The notes beneath the pieces were generated by a model. The model searched no databases. It was not told the DNA's origin and was given only the letters and a program-made list of their open reading frames with translations. From a virus (Duplodnaviria > Caudoviricetes), in IMG/VR virus record IMGVR_UViG_3300027902_000002, positions 1-48,758 of that record: DNA of 48,758 nucleotides. One strand, 5' to 3'. Below, one piece after another: positions 33,782 to 43,762 of the stretch; position 1 is the stretch's first letter; each line of letters opens with the position of its first letter. Both the position numbers and the translations under genes were made by a program.

Positions 33782-34729
33782 CTATTTACATTTATATCCT
33801 GTGATAAACTGTCTTAAAGCCGCCTTAAAGGCAGTACAGTCCGATGGAGTCGGCTTTGGCCCGGGCGTGGGCTTAGGTGGTGGTGTTGGTGCGGGGTAGT
33901 TTGCGGATGTTATACCCATAGCGTCAATCTGTTGGTCCGTGAATGTCTTATACGGAACCAGACTATTCCCCTTTGCTCCCCAAGAGGGTCCCCAACTATT
34001 CCTCACATAGAAGGCACCTTTACTGGTTGTTCCGGGTACGGAGACCGCATCATCCCAGCCCCAGAGATACCGAGCGTGTCCACCAGCCAAGGGGTCGTTT
34101 ACACTATTGGATGAAGCGTATGGCTCCAGTCCATCACTTCCTACGTGGAATATTGATTCGTGAACATCCCATCCCGCCATTACTGGAACTCCGGCATATA
34201 TGGATTGCTTTATGGCATTAACCTTATAAATATCGTCTGGTATAATGAAATATTTAGAGACATCATAGGTCTTAGCAGTGTCTATAACTACCTGTGATGG
34301 TTGCTTATCGAAGTTCTGGGTTGTATATGCGAATGCTGACTCTAATCCGATTCCCCAGACTTGCATAGCTGTCATGGTGTCCCTTATGGTACAGCCTTCA
34401 TCTCCAGAGGGTGGTGTGTCCCCGTTCATGACATAGCGGTTAAAATAGTAGAGATACATCTCTGAGAAGTCCATAGTATTCTTTATTAGTGGGTTGGATT
34501 CATCATAGAACTCCATAATACCAGCACCGGCAAATGAGGTGCACGCTCCGTAATTCATCTGGTCCCGTACCGGGATTTTATCAACATACTGCTTTAATCC
34601 GGTATAATTGGAGGGTAAGGCTTTTATGGGTACTACTCTTAAATGTGGCCTTATTAACGGGTCCGTCATCAAATAGTCCCGTACGTCTGGCTTTTGCTTA
34701 ATCCAACCGAATCCTCTCTCAGATGTCAT
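33782..34729 (-). CDS. Papain-like C1A cysteine peptidase
   Basis: GW....PD.RDY, RDQ..YGACTSFA, GGHA, VRNSWG.SWG.KG; Pro-rich C-terminus; ATG at 34729. Confidence 0.9.
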   Translation of the reverse strand: MTSERGFGWIKQKPDVRDYLMTDPLIRPHLRVVPIKALPSNYTGLKQYVDKIPVRDQMNYGACTSFAGAGIMEFYDESNPLIKNTMDFSEMYLYYFNRYVMNGDTPPSGDEGCTIRDTMTAMQVWGIGLESAFAYTTQNFDKQPSQVVIDTAKTYDVSKYFIIPDDIYKVNAIKQSIYAGVPVMAGWDVHESIFHVGSDGLEPYASSNSVNDPLAGGHARYLWGWDDAVSVPGTTSKGAFYVRNSWGPSWGAKGNSLVPYKTFTDQQIDAMGITSANYPAPTPPPKPTPGPKPTPSDCTAFKAALRQFITGYKCK

Positions 34730-34745
34730 TCCAATCACCTCGTAG

Positions 34746-35144
34746 TTATGTTATGAGTTTAATCTTGCTTACATTCACGTTAATCTTGATTTTACCCTTA
34801 ATATGAACCTTTGGCCTTTTAGTTGTCAAAGATAAATATTCAAAGCTAAAACCCAAATCCTTAATTCTTTGGCGGTATAAATCGGGATTGAAGTCTCCCT
34901 GTGGCTTGAATGGGTCGGCGGGCGGTTCCTCGGGTGGCGTTACTTCAGTTATGGGAACGGCCTCAGGAACGATGAAATCGGGGTCGTCGGGTATATCTGG
35001 CTCTGTTACCACTTCCTCGATTACATGGTTCATCATTGTCTCATTCAAGACGTTAAATGGAGCATTAGTTATGATAACGGCTATGTACGTCTTGTCCAAG
35101 GATTCAAGTGTGTATATACTCTGTTTAAAGATATTAAGGAACAT
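34746..35144 (-). CDS. Hypothetical protein (132 aa)
   Basis: Packed between tail-tip and peptidase genes. Confidence 0.6.
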   Translation of the reverse strand: MFLNIFKQSIYTLESLDKTYIAVIITNAPFNVLNETMMNHVIEEVVTEPDIPDDPDFIVPEAVPITEVTPPEEPPADPFKPQGDFNPDLYRQRIKDLGFSFEYLSLTTKRPKVHIKGKIKINVNVSKIKLIT

Positions 35145-35146
35145 TT

Positions 35147-37288
35147 TTAGACTCCTATGGTATATAAACCCAAATTCACGCTTCTACTATCAAGGAGACG
35201 CACAGCATTACGCGTTGAACGTATCCAATTCCTGAACTGCTTGGATGGTCTGTTAAGGTCAATGTCTGCGGTTAATTTAGGATTACCATCTCTATCATAG
35301 GTATAAGTGGTTGAAGCCACCGGATAATCCCCACTTATCCTCCATTCAGGAAGATTAATGTTCAAATACTGTAAGGGTGTTATATCAGGCAACCCACGAC
35401 ATTTAACCGTGAATCCATAGATGGGTGAACTATGATTAGCCACATAATTCGTTACCCACGTATCGCAGGCCGCCTGACTCGTTACATCCACAGAGTCAAC
35501 TGCTCCAGCATCTCCGTACTTCCAGATGGAATCCCAATTTAAAACCTGCGAAACGCCATCGCCACCCGCCTCACTGCTAAATGTTCCAGTATACCAGTTC
35601 TGGAAGCCGTCTGATACAGGGTCGGACGACCAACCTCCAAATTCAATCATGTTGTCCTCTACGATGGCTGATAAGCTTGCAAAAGTGTTTTGAGGTAGAA
35701 CTATCATAGTATCCCCTTTACGCGTTTCATCCGGTTGTATGTACGCAGCGTGGTAGGTTTTAGAACAGAGGTCTTGTAATACCTCGAAATAGTTTTTCAA
35801 GTCCGTGCTTGCATAGTTTATGGCTGAGGATAGGTCTCGGTAAGCCATGAACTGGTCGAAGTACACCGTGCCCGCCGTTGAGGTAGGGGAGGACAGATGG
35901 ATGTCTGTTATGTAATAATGAGCGGAGGATGCTTGAGCATCGAAAAGACTTTTAAGGTTCACATTGATGTTGTTCCACTTCAAACTCGGTCCTATGGGTA
36001 GGCTTCCACCAAGGGCGGTAGGTCCGGGGTCTGTTGGCTGTGTGAAGGGTAGTTTGTACTCTACCACATTTGCAATTGTTTCGCCGTCCCTAAACATCTT
36101 TACATGAACATTCCAAGGAAAAGGCGGCTGCGTTCCACTTGTGTAATAATATCCTATGTTTAAATAGGGATATACAACAGCATCATAGGGGTTTACGGTA
36201 TTAAGCCAGAACTGAAGACTTGATGCCGCAGTGGAGGTTGATGTTATCTTTAATGATGGAGCGGGGCTGCCTATGACCGTTTCAACACCGGCTCCTTTAC
36301 TCCAATTTCCACCCATTGTTATGCTATTAAAGAGGTCTGTACTGCTGAAATCATTATAGAAGGCATAATCGAAAGGTATTGAATAAGTGTTCACAGAGAA
36401 GACTGGAGCAGCGGCTAAATACCTTGCGAGTTCATAAACGGTGGGGAATCCGCCGTTTGGTGTTATTCCATAAGTGGCTGTGGTTGGTGTCCTTGTTAAG
36501 TCGTACATTCTGTCAATGGCCTTGATTTCAAGCTTCTCATCGGTTGATATGGCTGAAGGCCAACTGTAACCACCAAACATGATTTGAGTGTTGTTATAAT
36601 CCTCACCAAGCCATAATGTAAGATGGTCTAAGAAATCAAAGACTACTGGTTTGTCTATTTTACTATCGGAGTTCCAATAGTTCTCCTGCATCTCTGTTGA
36701 GAGCGTACAAGTGTTCATTTCAGATACACTATTCTTAGTAAACTCACACGTGGCCACGTTAAGCCCGTGGTCGGTTGTATATTGGTTTCCGAGGCTATCG
36801 CCCTCATAACGTATGATTGGGATGATAAGGATGTCGCTAAGCCATCCTCCTGAGGGGACGTAGCTAATCTTTAGATTATGATTTCCAGCCGTAAAATAGC
36901 GAGGTTTAAATTGCACGTAACTATAATGGTTATATTTATCATAGAAGTACACAGTATCCTCTATTTGGGCTGTGCCGTCGAATAAGGTGAACGTTGCGTT
37001 TAATTGAGGATTAAACTGAGTAAAAATATTTATCAGATAATATCCGCTTGTTGGAAAATTGACCGATTTTGTTAAGTCGCCCGCACTGCCCGCCCCTACG
37101 TTATTGCCAACCCATTGACGGCTCTGGTCGTCTTTCTCGCTGAATGCAACGCTTCTTGTCCATTCCCGGAGTCTTTGATGGATTATATTAGATATGTCCC
37201 GTACATCTATCCTTACTTTAAGATATGGGTCGTCATATATCTTTAATTGAGGGCTGGACGCTCCTGCGAAGTTTGTTTTCCCAGACAT
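35147..37288 (-). CDS. Tail tip/baseplate hub protein with inserted carbohydrate-binding-like domains
   Basis: Hub-like pattern (MFGGY, KAIDRMYDL, SIWKYG, C-terminal G.Y.V....Y); jelly-roll-like inserts; second gene after tape measure. Confidence 0.72.
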   Translation of the reverse strand: MSGKTNFAGASSPQLKIYDDPYLKVRIDVRDISNIIHQRLREWTRSVAFSEKDDQSRQWVGNNVGAGSAGDLTKSVNFPTSGYYLINIFTQFNPQLNATFTLFDGTAQIEDTVYFYDKYNHYSYVQFKPRYFTAGNHNLKISYVPSGGWLSDILIIPIIRYEGDSLGNQYTTDHGLNVATCEFTKNSVSEMNTCTLSTEMQENYWNSDSKIDKPVVFDFLDHLTLWLGEDYNNTQIMFGGYSWPSAISTDEKLEIKAIDRMYDLTRTPTTATYGITPNGGFPTVYELARYLAAAPVFSVNTYSIPFDYAFYNDFSSTDLFNSITMGGNWSKGAGVETVIGSPAPSLKITSTSTAASSLQFWLNTVNPYDAVVYPYLNIGYYYTSGTQPPFPWNVHVKMFRDGETIANVVEYKLPFTQPTDPGPTALGGSLPIGPSLKWNNINVNLKSLFDAQASSAHYYITDIHLSSPTSTAGTVYFDQFMAYRDLSSAINYASTDLKNYFEVLQDLCSKTYHAAYIQPDETRKGDTMIVLPQNTFASLSAIVEDNMIEFGGWSSDPVSDGFQNWYTGTFSSEAGGDGVSQVLNWDSIWKYGDAGAVDSVDVTSQAACDTWVTNYVANHSSPIYGFTVKCRGLPDITPLQYLNINLPEWRISGDYPVASTTYTYDRDGNPKLTADIDLNRPSKQFRNWIRSTRNAVRLLDSRSVNLGLYTIGV

Positions 37289-37289
37289 C

Positions 37290-39155
37290 TTATTTAACTC
37301 CTATATTCGTGAATGGCTGCACCCGGAACTCCTTAGCAACATTCTGGTCTGTCTGATAACCTGTATTAGGTGTAGCGTACACTCCCAAGCCACTTTGGTT
37401 CGTTGCGGGAATACTATCGCTTTTAATTGTCGTTGGATTTAATTGATAAATTTGGAATCTGTAAACATCGCCTCCAGCACCCCAGACATTGATGTAGGGT
37501 GTTGCAGTCATCGTTACATCGGCATTGGCGGCTGGTGATGTGATGGTTGCTCCATCATGGAAGTAATATGTGTTTCTAATGTAATTTAGAGTTGTATTAG
37601 GATGCTCAACCTTAACGAAAGGTTTTCCTCGGAACATTGTCCATTTAGTGTCATTAATCTGGTAGGTTTGTCTCTCAGGACCAATATATAACGGCCTGAG
37701 TGTTTTAATAGTTTCACCTATTCCTATTTGCTGTAATGCGGTGTATGCTGATGGCGACCAGTAACTGAAGATGATAGGCGTCGCTGCTGTGGCATTAGTG
37801 GTCAATTTAACCAGCCCGTTGCTAACTGAGAACTTTGCGGGGTTTAAAACTTCATCATTCCGGGTTATAGTATAAGGCGTAGAGCCCGTGTAATTGGTGT
37901 TAGTAGCCTGAACAGCTCCCTTATAGAAACTTGCCGGTGTAGATGTGCTAAAATAGAGTGGGACTGTTGGATTTACGTAACATGGTTGATTCCCGTCCTC
38001 TGCTACCCTATTGAAATCCGCGGCTTTAGAGAGGTTAAAATCGGTTCCCGCGGGTAATGCTATAACATTGTTATTGGCCGCTGTTCCGTAATTGTAGAGT
38101 TTAAACTCGTTTATTTTGCCTGTTGCTGTTGTAGAACTCCTATTATGGAAAGTTATGTTAAATCCGGGGTTTGTAAAAGTAGGGAAATAAATGTTTTGAG
38201 GTCCCCATTTTTTAACCCATCCTCCACCGTCCGCATCTTGCCAGATGGTTACTATTCCTCCAGGGTCCCATTGTACCTTGAATTTAGGCGTTTTATAGGT
38301 TCCGATGTTCGTTTGACTGAACAATCCGTAAGTGTAGCCACCTACGCACCGGTTACAGCCTATATTGACCGCTGAGTTAGATACAGCAACAAAGAACCTT
38401 AACCAGTTCGTTGTAGAGTTTGTAACCTCTAAATCATTGAAAGTGTGTGGAATTGATGCGGTTATATAGATGCTTACAATGTGCTCATAGCCAGCGGGCT
38501 GTGCTACCCATGTTAAATCAAATTCTGAAATCCATGAGGGTGTATATGCTAATTTGCTGCTTCCTGCGAGTCCGCCCATAACGCTGTCCGATGTGGCGGT
38601 GCCTGACATAACTAGGTATCCTCCACTCGTTGCACATGAAGGAGAGCTCATTCCACTACTATTTATCGGTTGCCAGTTGTCTGAGTACGCTCCGCTGAAT
38701 GTGTCGTCCAATATGCTGGTTACTGTTAAATCGGGTGTGTAATTGTACTCTTGAGTGGTTCCGTCTTGGTATCCGCTCGTGTAATCCATTGATAAGTAAT
38801 CTGTGAGGTTTGCTATCTTCTCTGCGGTTACTTTAGTCTTCATTAAAGGTGATATTGCTGGGGTGGGTTCCGCTGAGGTTATAAGGTAATATCCACGGTG
38901 TGTGAAATCTTCATTATCAACTAAATTAGAACTTGTATCAATTGGTAGAAGACCCCAGCCCGGTCTTTTAGCCGTAACACTTGTTACATTCCCGTAATCT
39001 ACTCTTTCAGTTCCCAAGACGAGACCTATGAGTCTTAGGGCTTGTATATTATTCGTGATTAGGGTGAACTCTTCTTTACCATCTGCAAAAGTGTTATCCT
39101 CTTCTAAATGTGCTGCAAGAATGCTTATAGGCCCTATTCTACATTCATCTACCAT
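37290..39155 (-). CDS. Distal tail/adhesion protein with lectin-like central domain
   Basis: Directly after tape measure; DDTFSG...W aromatic beta-sandwich insert. Confidence 0.68.
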   Translation of the reverse strand: MVDECRIGPISILAAHLEEDNTFADGKEEFTLITNNIQALRLIGLVLGTERVDYGNVTSVTAKRPGWGLLPIDTSSNLVDNEDFTHRGYYLITSAEPTPAISPLMKTKVTAEKIANLTDYLSMDYTSGYQDGTTQEYNYTPDLTVTSILDDTFSGAYSDNWQPINSSGMSSPSCATSGGYLVMSGTATSDSVMGGLAGSSKLAYTPSWISEFDLTWVAQPAGYEHIVSIYITASIPHTFNDLEVTNSTTNWLRFFVAVSNSAVNIGCNRCVGGYTYGLFSQTNIGTYKTPKFKVQWDPGGIVTIWQDADGGGWVKKWGPQNIYFPTFTNPGFNITFHNRSSTTATGKINEFKLYNYGTAANNNVIALPAGTDFNLSKAADFNRVAEDGNQPCYVNPTVPLYFSTSTPASFYKGAVQATNTNYTGSTPYTITRNDEVLNPAKFSVSNGLVKLTTNATAATPIIFSYWSPSAYTALQQIGIGETIKTLRPLYIGPERQTYQINDTKWTMFRGKPFVKVEHPNTTLNYIRNTYYFHDGATITSPAANADVTMTATPYINVWGAGGDVYRFQIYQLNPTTIKSDSIPATNQSGLGVYATPNTGYQTDQNVAKEFRVQPFTNIGVK

Positions 39156-39177
39156 AATACGTAACCTCCATCAATAT

Positions 39178-42100
39178 CTATTGTGCTTTGTTGAATATGT
39201 CATTAACGGTTCCTTCAACCGTCTTATTGAAATCAGACATACCATAGACCGGGGCATGGAAATGTAGGTGTATCTCTCGATTATTATAATTATTCGGAGC
39301 TGGACCCGCTGAGGGTCGCCCTGTCCAACTACCACGTTTAACAAGGGCGGTGGGGTCCATCTCGCCTATTCCGCTGATGTTTGCCCATTCGTGGCCTATA
39401 CCGTTCCACGTTCCATGCACGATACTACCAGATAAGCCGAAAGCGTTGGCTATTGCTATTAATAACTCGCTCATGTCCGCACAATTACCGCTATGCGATG
39501 ATAACGTGGCTGCTGGGCCTTTCAGGGCATTATAGTAGAACTGGTAGCTAAATCCTTTGAATAGGTTAGTTGCAAAGGCATAGAAGGCCGCAGCCATCCC
39601 CGCCTTGGGGTTGCCGAAATCTATTTTAGGCATCCCATGAGAACTCATGAATCCCTGTCCCATGCGGTTAGCACCGTCCTCTATCCATTTAACCCATTGT
39701 CCTACGTTCGGGTCCAATGGCCCGGCATATCCACAAGTATCACACAATAAGAAGTCCATTAACTCGTTTGGCACGGGTCCGGCTGCTCCTGCTCCTGATG
39801 GTCCCGGACCTGCATATAAGGTGGCTATGAGCTTAGCTCGTATCTCTGGGTCTATGGCTGGTAGAACTAATTGTTGTGCTGGTGTTAATGGACCTGTCAT
39901 GCTCGTATCGGCTTGTGGAACACCCCAGAAGCTCGGTCCTAATGCCAATTCAGGACTACCCGCAGCCATCCCAATAGCACTTTTAAGGGTGTTTATGATG
40001 TTCACTATGCCTTGGATGACTGGTTTAACAGTATCACTAACTTTCTGCCATGCTGAGCCAGCCGTTGATGAAAGGGTGTTCCATATATCCATTATTTTAT
40101 TAACAGCCGTCGATACGATGCTCCATGCAGTATCCATAGCACTTCTTATCGGAGCGGTTACAGCATTGTAAATACCTGACAAAGCACTCATAGCCCTTCC
40201 CGGGAGGCCCTGAATGAAGGATACTACCCTGTTTACTCCTCCCATGACTATTCCATAGCCATAGTTCCAAGCACCCTGTAAGACTCCTCCAATCATCCCA
40301 GCGAGGGCTCCGAGGGCTCCAACCGCACGGCCGGGTAAAGTCCTGAAAAAGGCTGCGATTTGATTAATACCATTCATAACCGCCGCCCTCGCACGACTAA
40401 AGGCAGAGACGAAGGCTGTTCTCATGTGTGCACCTAATTGAGTTAAGGAGGTCAATATCTTTGATGGGAGACCGTGGAATAGTTTATTAACATCATCTAA
40501 TCCTTTTTTAACCGCATCTTCGCCTTTTTTCATAGCGATTCTAAACGTAGTGGCTATGTCTCCAAGGCTCGGTAACTTGATGGATGGTAATTTAAGACCC
40601 GCTAATGGGTTTCCAATAGTTGGCATTTTAAGATTCATTATATTAGTAATGGCGTCTGTTATGGGTTTTAAAGCATCTGTAACTGGTTTAATGGCACTTA
40701 GGAACCCACTCCAAGCCGCTCCAGCCTGTGATGCTATCCATTGTAATCCTGATATTATTCCGGGTGAGCATCCCCAGATTGCACAGATAATTGGTTTAAA
40801 GGCGTCCCTAATCATGTTAAGTCCATTAGTGATGGATGGGACGATATTACCGAAGGATGGGCCGAGATTGTTATAGGCGTCCACTACGGGCTGGATAAAG
40901 CCAGCGAAGCCTATTAATTCCTGCCTAAGCTTCTGGCCGAAGTTTACAACCGCTACATAGGCTAAGGTGAACGGTGTGCTAAAAGCATTCTGCGTACTCT
41001 CTCCCCAGCGTATTATATCGGCTGCGGTGGTGTCAGCCCACGCCTTTATGTCATCGCCGGTTGATTGAAGACCGTTTGTTATAACACCCCATATATCTCC
41101 TTTGTCCATGGCTTCAAAGAACCTCTGGCTTGCCTTAGCACCATCCAAGGTCGTATTAGCATAATCTGTCATTAAACCTTTATTACCTCTTAAAACCTTT
41201 GACTGGGCGTCTGTGCCGGTGTTTACTCTTTCCATATTGTTAGCGTAGCCTATCCATCCAGAGGAGATGTTATTGGACAGCGTTGCCTGTTTTTCAAGGG
41301 CAGTGTTATATTCCTGCGTTCCACTTGTAACCTTCTTAACCTCCTCTGGGGACTGTCCCTCAGCCGTAGCGGCGGCCTTTCCTCCTCTAACCTGTGCTTC
41401 GGTTACTCTTGATTTCTGTAAATCTTTAAGTCCCTGAGCAACAGCATGAGCCTTGTTCTCAGTGTCTGTGGCATCTGTTACTCCTTGCGTGGCTGCTGCA
41501 AGGTCCTTTTTAGCTTGGGTTAGGTCTCTGTCAGTTGCGGCTGTGGATTGGCCTGCTTTAACCTCCTGAGCCCTTTTAGTGTTCAGACTGGTTATCCTAT
41601 CCTCTAACATCTTCTTGTTACTGTTTAAAGTGGAAATCCGGTCTGTTTGGTCGGCATCTGCCTTAGCCATGGCATTAGAAGCCGATATATCTTGCGATGC
41701 TAAATAAATGGCTGCAACGCCGACCGCTGCGAGGGCTATTCCCACAGCACCGGCCACTCCTATCGTCGCCCACATAGAGGCAGCCAAAGCACGGAACCCA
41801 CCGGCTCCAGCATTCGCTTCTGCTCCTGCTACTCCAGCGGCTGCTCCTGTACCCAGCAATCTACTCGTAACCATAGGAAGGGGGAAACCAAGCATATTCA
41901 TAGTTCCTACGAGGGTTAAAACCACTCCAACCAATGCTACGAACATTACAGTAGCAATGCGAATAGGACTGGGGAGCGATTTGAATAAGTTAATCACTCC
42001 TTCCACTATTGGTGTTATTACTTGCATTGCTCCAATTATAGTGGGTAATAAGGTTTCTCCAACCGACCTGAGTAATTCATCCCATAATCGGCTTACCTTG

Positions 42101-43026
42101 TCCATCATGCCCTCATAACTGTTCTTATAGGCATTGTTGGCTTCTGAACCAAACTTTTTAGCCATGGCTGAGTTTAAGACCGCCGCTCGTTCTTCCTCTG
42201 TTTTGGTCTTAAATTCCGCTGCGGACATTCCTACATCGTTTAAAGTTAAACCTAAGGTCTTTAGGTTCCTCGCCATCAATGCACCGGTCATAACGGAACG
42301 CTGAAAGGATGTCGTGGTTGCATCAACGCTGGAACCGGTTGCGAAGGCACCGGCTGTGATGGATTCAACAGAAGCCTTCATAACATCTTTATTCTTGATA
42401 TTAGAGACCACTAATTTATCCATTATACCTATAACGACGTTTGCAGCCCTTCCAGTTTCGTCTTGAATTTGATTAACCATAGGACCCCACGATGCTACCG
42501 TGGCCTTCATATTGAGGGCTGAACCGGTTAAAACGACTGAGAATCGGCTCCATTCGTCTTCGTACTTTCCAGTGGCGGCTACCGCTGCTCCGAGGAATGC
42601 TAAGATAGCACCACCAGCTATGGCGGCACCTATGCCCATCTGATTGAAAGCGGACGATGCTGCGGACCCCATTCTTGAAAAGATACCGGGTGTTTTACCG
42701 GCCTCTATTCCCATCTTTTGGAGTTTCTCGGTAGGTATGCCCATCATTGCCGGTGTAAGGCCCTGAGTCATGTTTTTGGCAACGTTTTGCATTGCGGGCG
42801 TAATGCCTCGCATGGTCTGCGTTGCGGATTCAAAAAGTTTCTGTTGCTTAATTGCAGCGGCGGACATTGCATTACCCATGGATGAGGCATTGCGGCCGGT
42901 TGATGTTGCAGTTGTCCCTAATTGTCTTAAACTGTTGGTTGCTCCGTTAATGGCACCCGCTGTTTCGTTCTTAGCGGATATTATAATCTGTACGCTCCCC
43001 GCACCGCCGCCTGTAAATCCTGGCAT
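39178..43026 (-). CDS. Tape measure protein with C-terminal transglutaminase-like (Pei-type) peptidase
   Basis: 1282 aa, Ala/Gly-rich helical with TM segments; C-terminal YQFYYN...GNCAD...GHEW...DPT (Cys-His-Asp). Confidence 0.92.
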   Translation of the reverse strand: MPGFTGGGAGSVQIIISAKNETAGAINGATNSLRQLGTTATSTGRNASSMGNAMSAAAIKQQKLFESATQTMRGITPAMQNVAKNMTQGLTPAMMGIPTEKLQKMGIEAGKTPGIFSRMGSAASSAFNQMGIGAAIAGGAILAFLGAAVAATGKYEDEWSRFSVVLTGSALNMKATVASWGPMVNQIQDETGRAANVVIGIMDKLVVSNIKNKDVMKASVESITAGAFATGSSVDATTTSFQRSVMTGALMARNLKTLGLTLNDVGMSAAEFKTKTEEERAAVLNSAMAKKFGSEANNAYKNSYEGMMDKVSRLWDELLRSVGETLLPTIIGAMQVITPIVEGVINLFKSLPSPIRIATVMFVALVGVVLTLVGTMNMLGFPLPMVTSRLLGTGAAAGVAGAEANAGAGGFRALAASMWATIGVAGAVGIALAAVGVAAIYLASQDISASNAMAKADADQTDRISTLNSNKKMLEDRITSLNTKRAQEVKAGQSTAATDRDLTQAKKDLAAATQGVTDATDTENKAHAVAQGLKDLQKSRVTEAQVRGGKAAATAEGQSPEEVKKVTSGTQEYNTALEKQATLSNNISSGWIGYANNMERVNTGTDAQSKVLRGNKGLMTDYANTTLDGAKASQRFFEAMDKGDIWGVITNGLQSTGDDIKAWADTTAADIIRWGESTQNAFSTPFTLAYVAVVNFGQKLRQELIGFAGFIQPVVDAYNNLGPSFGNIVPSITNGLNMIRDAFKPIICAIWGCSPGIISGLQWIASQAGAAWSGFLSAIKPVTDALKPITDAITNIMNLKMPTIGNPLAGLKLPSIKLPSLGDIATTFRIAMKKGEDAVKKGLDDVNKLFHGLPSKILTSLTQLGAHMRTAFVSAFSRARAAVMNGINQIAAFFRTLPGRAVGALGALAGMIGGVLQGAWNYGYGIVMGGVNRVVSFIQGLPGRAMSALSGIYNAVTAPIRSAMDTAWSIVSTAVNKIMDIWNTLSSTAGSAWQKVSDTVKPVIQGIVNIINTLKSAIGMAAGSPELALGPSFWGVPQADTSMTGPLTPAQQLVLPAIDPEIRAKLIATLYAGPGPSGAGAAGPVPNELMDFLLCDTCGYAGPLDPNVGQWVKWIEDGANRMGQGFMSSHGMPKIDFGNPKAGMAAAFYAFATNLFKGFSYQFYYNALKGPAATLSSHSGNCADMSELLIAIANAFGLSGSIVHGTWNGIGHEWANISGIGEMDPTALVKRGSWTGRPSAGPAPNNYNNREIHLHFHAPVYGMSDFNKTVEGTVNDIFNKAQ

Positions 43027-43038
43027 ATTAAACCTCCA

Positions 43039-43359
43039 TTAAAGTAGTCCCTGCTCCTTCATAGCTGCCTCTCGCTGTCTTTGGGCCTCAGCAGCCTTAC
43101 GCTTACGTTCTATGTCCTCTTGCTCCTTATCTATCCTGTCTTTGTCAACCTTAGCTATAATTTGCTCCCTTTCAAGGTCTTGGAGGATATAACCAGCGTA
43201 ACGGGCAAATAAACGTATATCCATGTCCATCATATATTCATGGGTCCATTTTTTATGCTCCGATACAAGGTGCAATATGCTTATAAAGCCTGTTAACCGA
43301 TGTTTTCTTCGTTTCCAATGTTCTGAAGAAGTATATTCATTCTCTGGGTCTCCAGTTGC
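43039..43359 (-). CDS. Tail assembly chaperone, -1 frameshift extension (GT-like)
   Basis: The -1 frame is open from the A AAA AAG site to the stop at 43039; no clear own RBS/ATG. Confidence 0.7.
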   Translation of the reverse strand, partial: ATGDPENEYTSSEHWKRRKHRLTGFISILHLVSEHKKWTHEYMMDMDIRLFARYAGYILQDLEREQIIAKVDKDRIDKEQEDIERKRKAAEAQRQREAAMKEQGLL

Positions 43360-43697
43360 TTTTTTATCTCGCTCACTTGCTCCTCTGGGATTCCTTGGTC
43401 AATTAAGAACAGTTCATCAATAAAACTGAATACTCCCATACGTTGGGCTAAATTCATTTCGTCAAATTCTTTGCGGGTTAAATCAGGGATGAATTGCTTA
43501 AAGATTGGGTATTGCTCATTGTCAAGTTCTTTGAGTTCTTCATCCGATTTCCCGGCTAATGCGGCCATTTCTTGCATAAGACTTTGAACCTTCACATAAT
43601 CTTTGGTTTTAAGTCGTGCAATGGGTCTTTCTTTGTCAAACAAGGTTATACTATCCGTGGATTTCATTCCAAGGATGTCTAAATCTCTTTTAACCAT
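43293..43697 (-). CDS. Tail assembly chaperone (G-like)
   Basis: Between tail tube and tape measure; GAGGTGA RBS; ATG at 43697. Confidence 0.8.
   Translation of the reverse strand: MVKRDLDILGMKSTDSITLFDKERPIARLKTKDYVKVQSLMQEMAALAGKSDEELKELDNEQYPIFKQFIPDLTRKEFDEMNLAQRMGVFSFIDELFLIDQGIPEEQVSEIKKQLETQRMNILLQNIGNEENIG
43359..43365 (-). other. -1 ribosomal frameshift slippery heptamer A AAA AAG
   Basis: In frame as ATA AAA AAG within the chaperone gene; links to the downstream ORF. Confidence 0.72.
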
Positions 43698-43732
43698 TTT
43701 AATCACCTCATAGATGTTTTAATTATTGGAGC

Positions 43733-43758
43733 ACCCCTAAAAAAAAGGAATTAGGGGT
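43733..43758 (-). terminator. Hairpin/oligo-T element after the tail tube gene
   Basis: ACCCCTAA (43733-43740) / TTAGGGGT (43751-43758) with an internal minus-strand T8. Confidence 0.5.
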
Positions 43759-43762
43759 TTAA

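Noticed and set aside
35147-39155. Diversity-generating retroelement acting on tail adhesins
   Set aside because: No reverse transcriptase and no template/variable repeat pair seen
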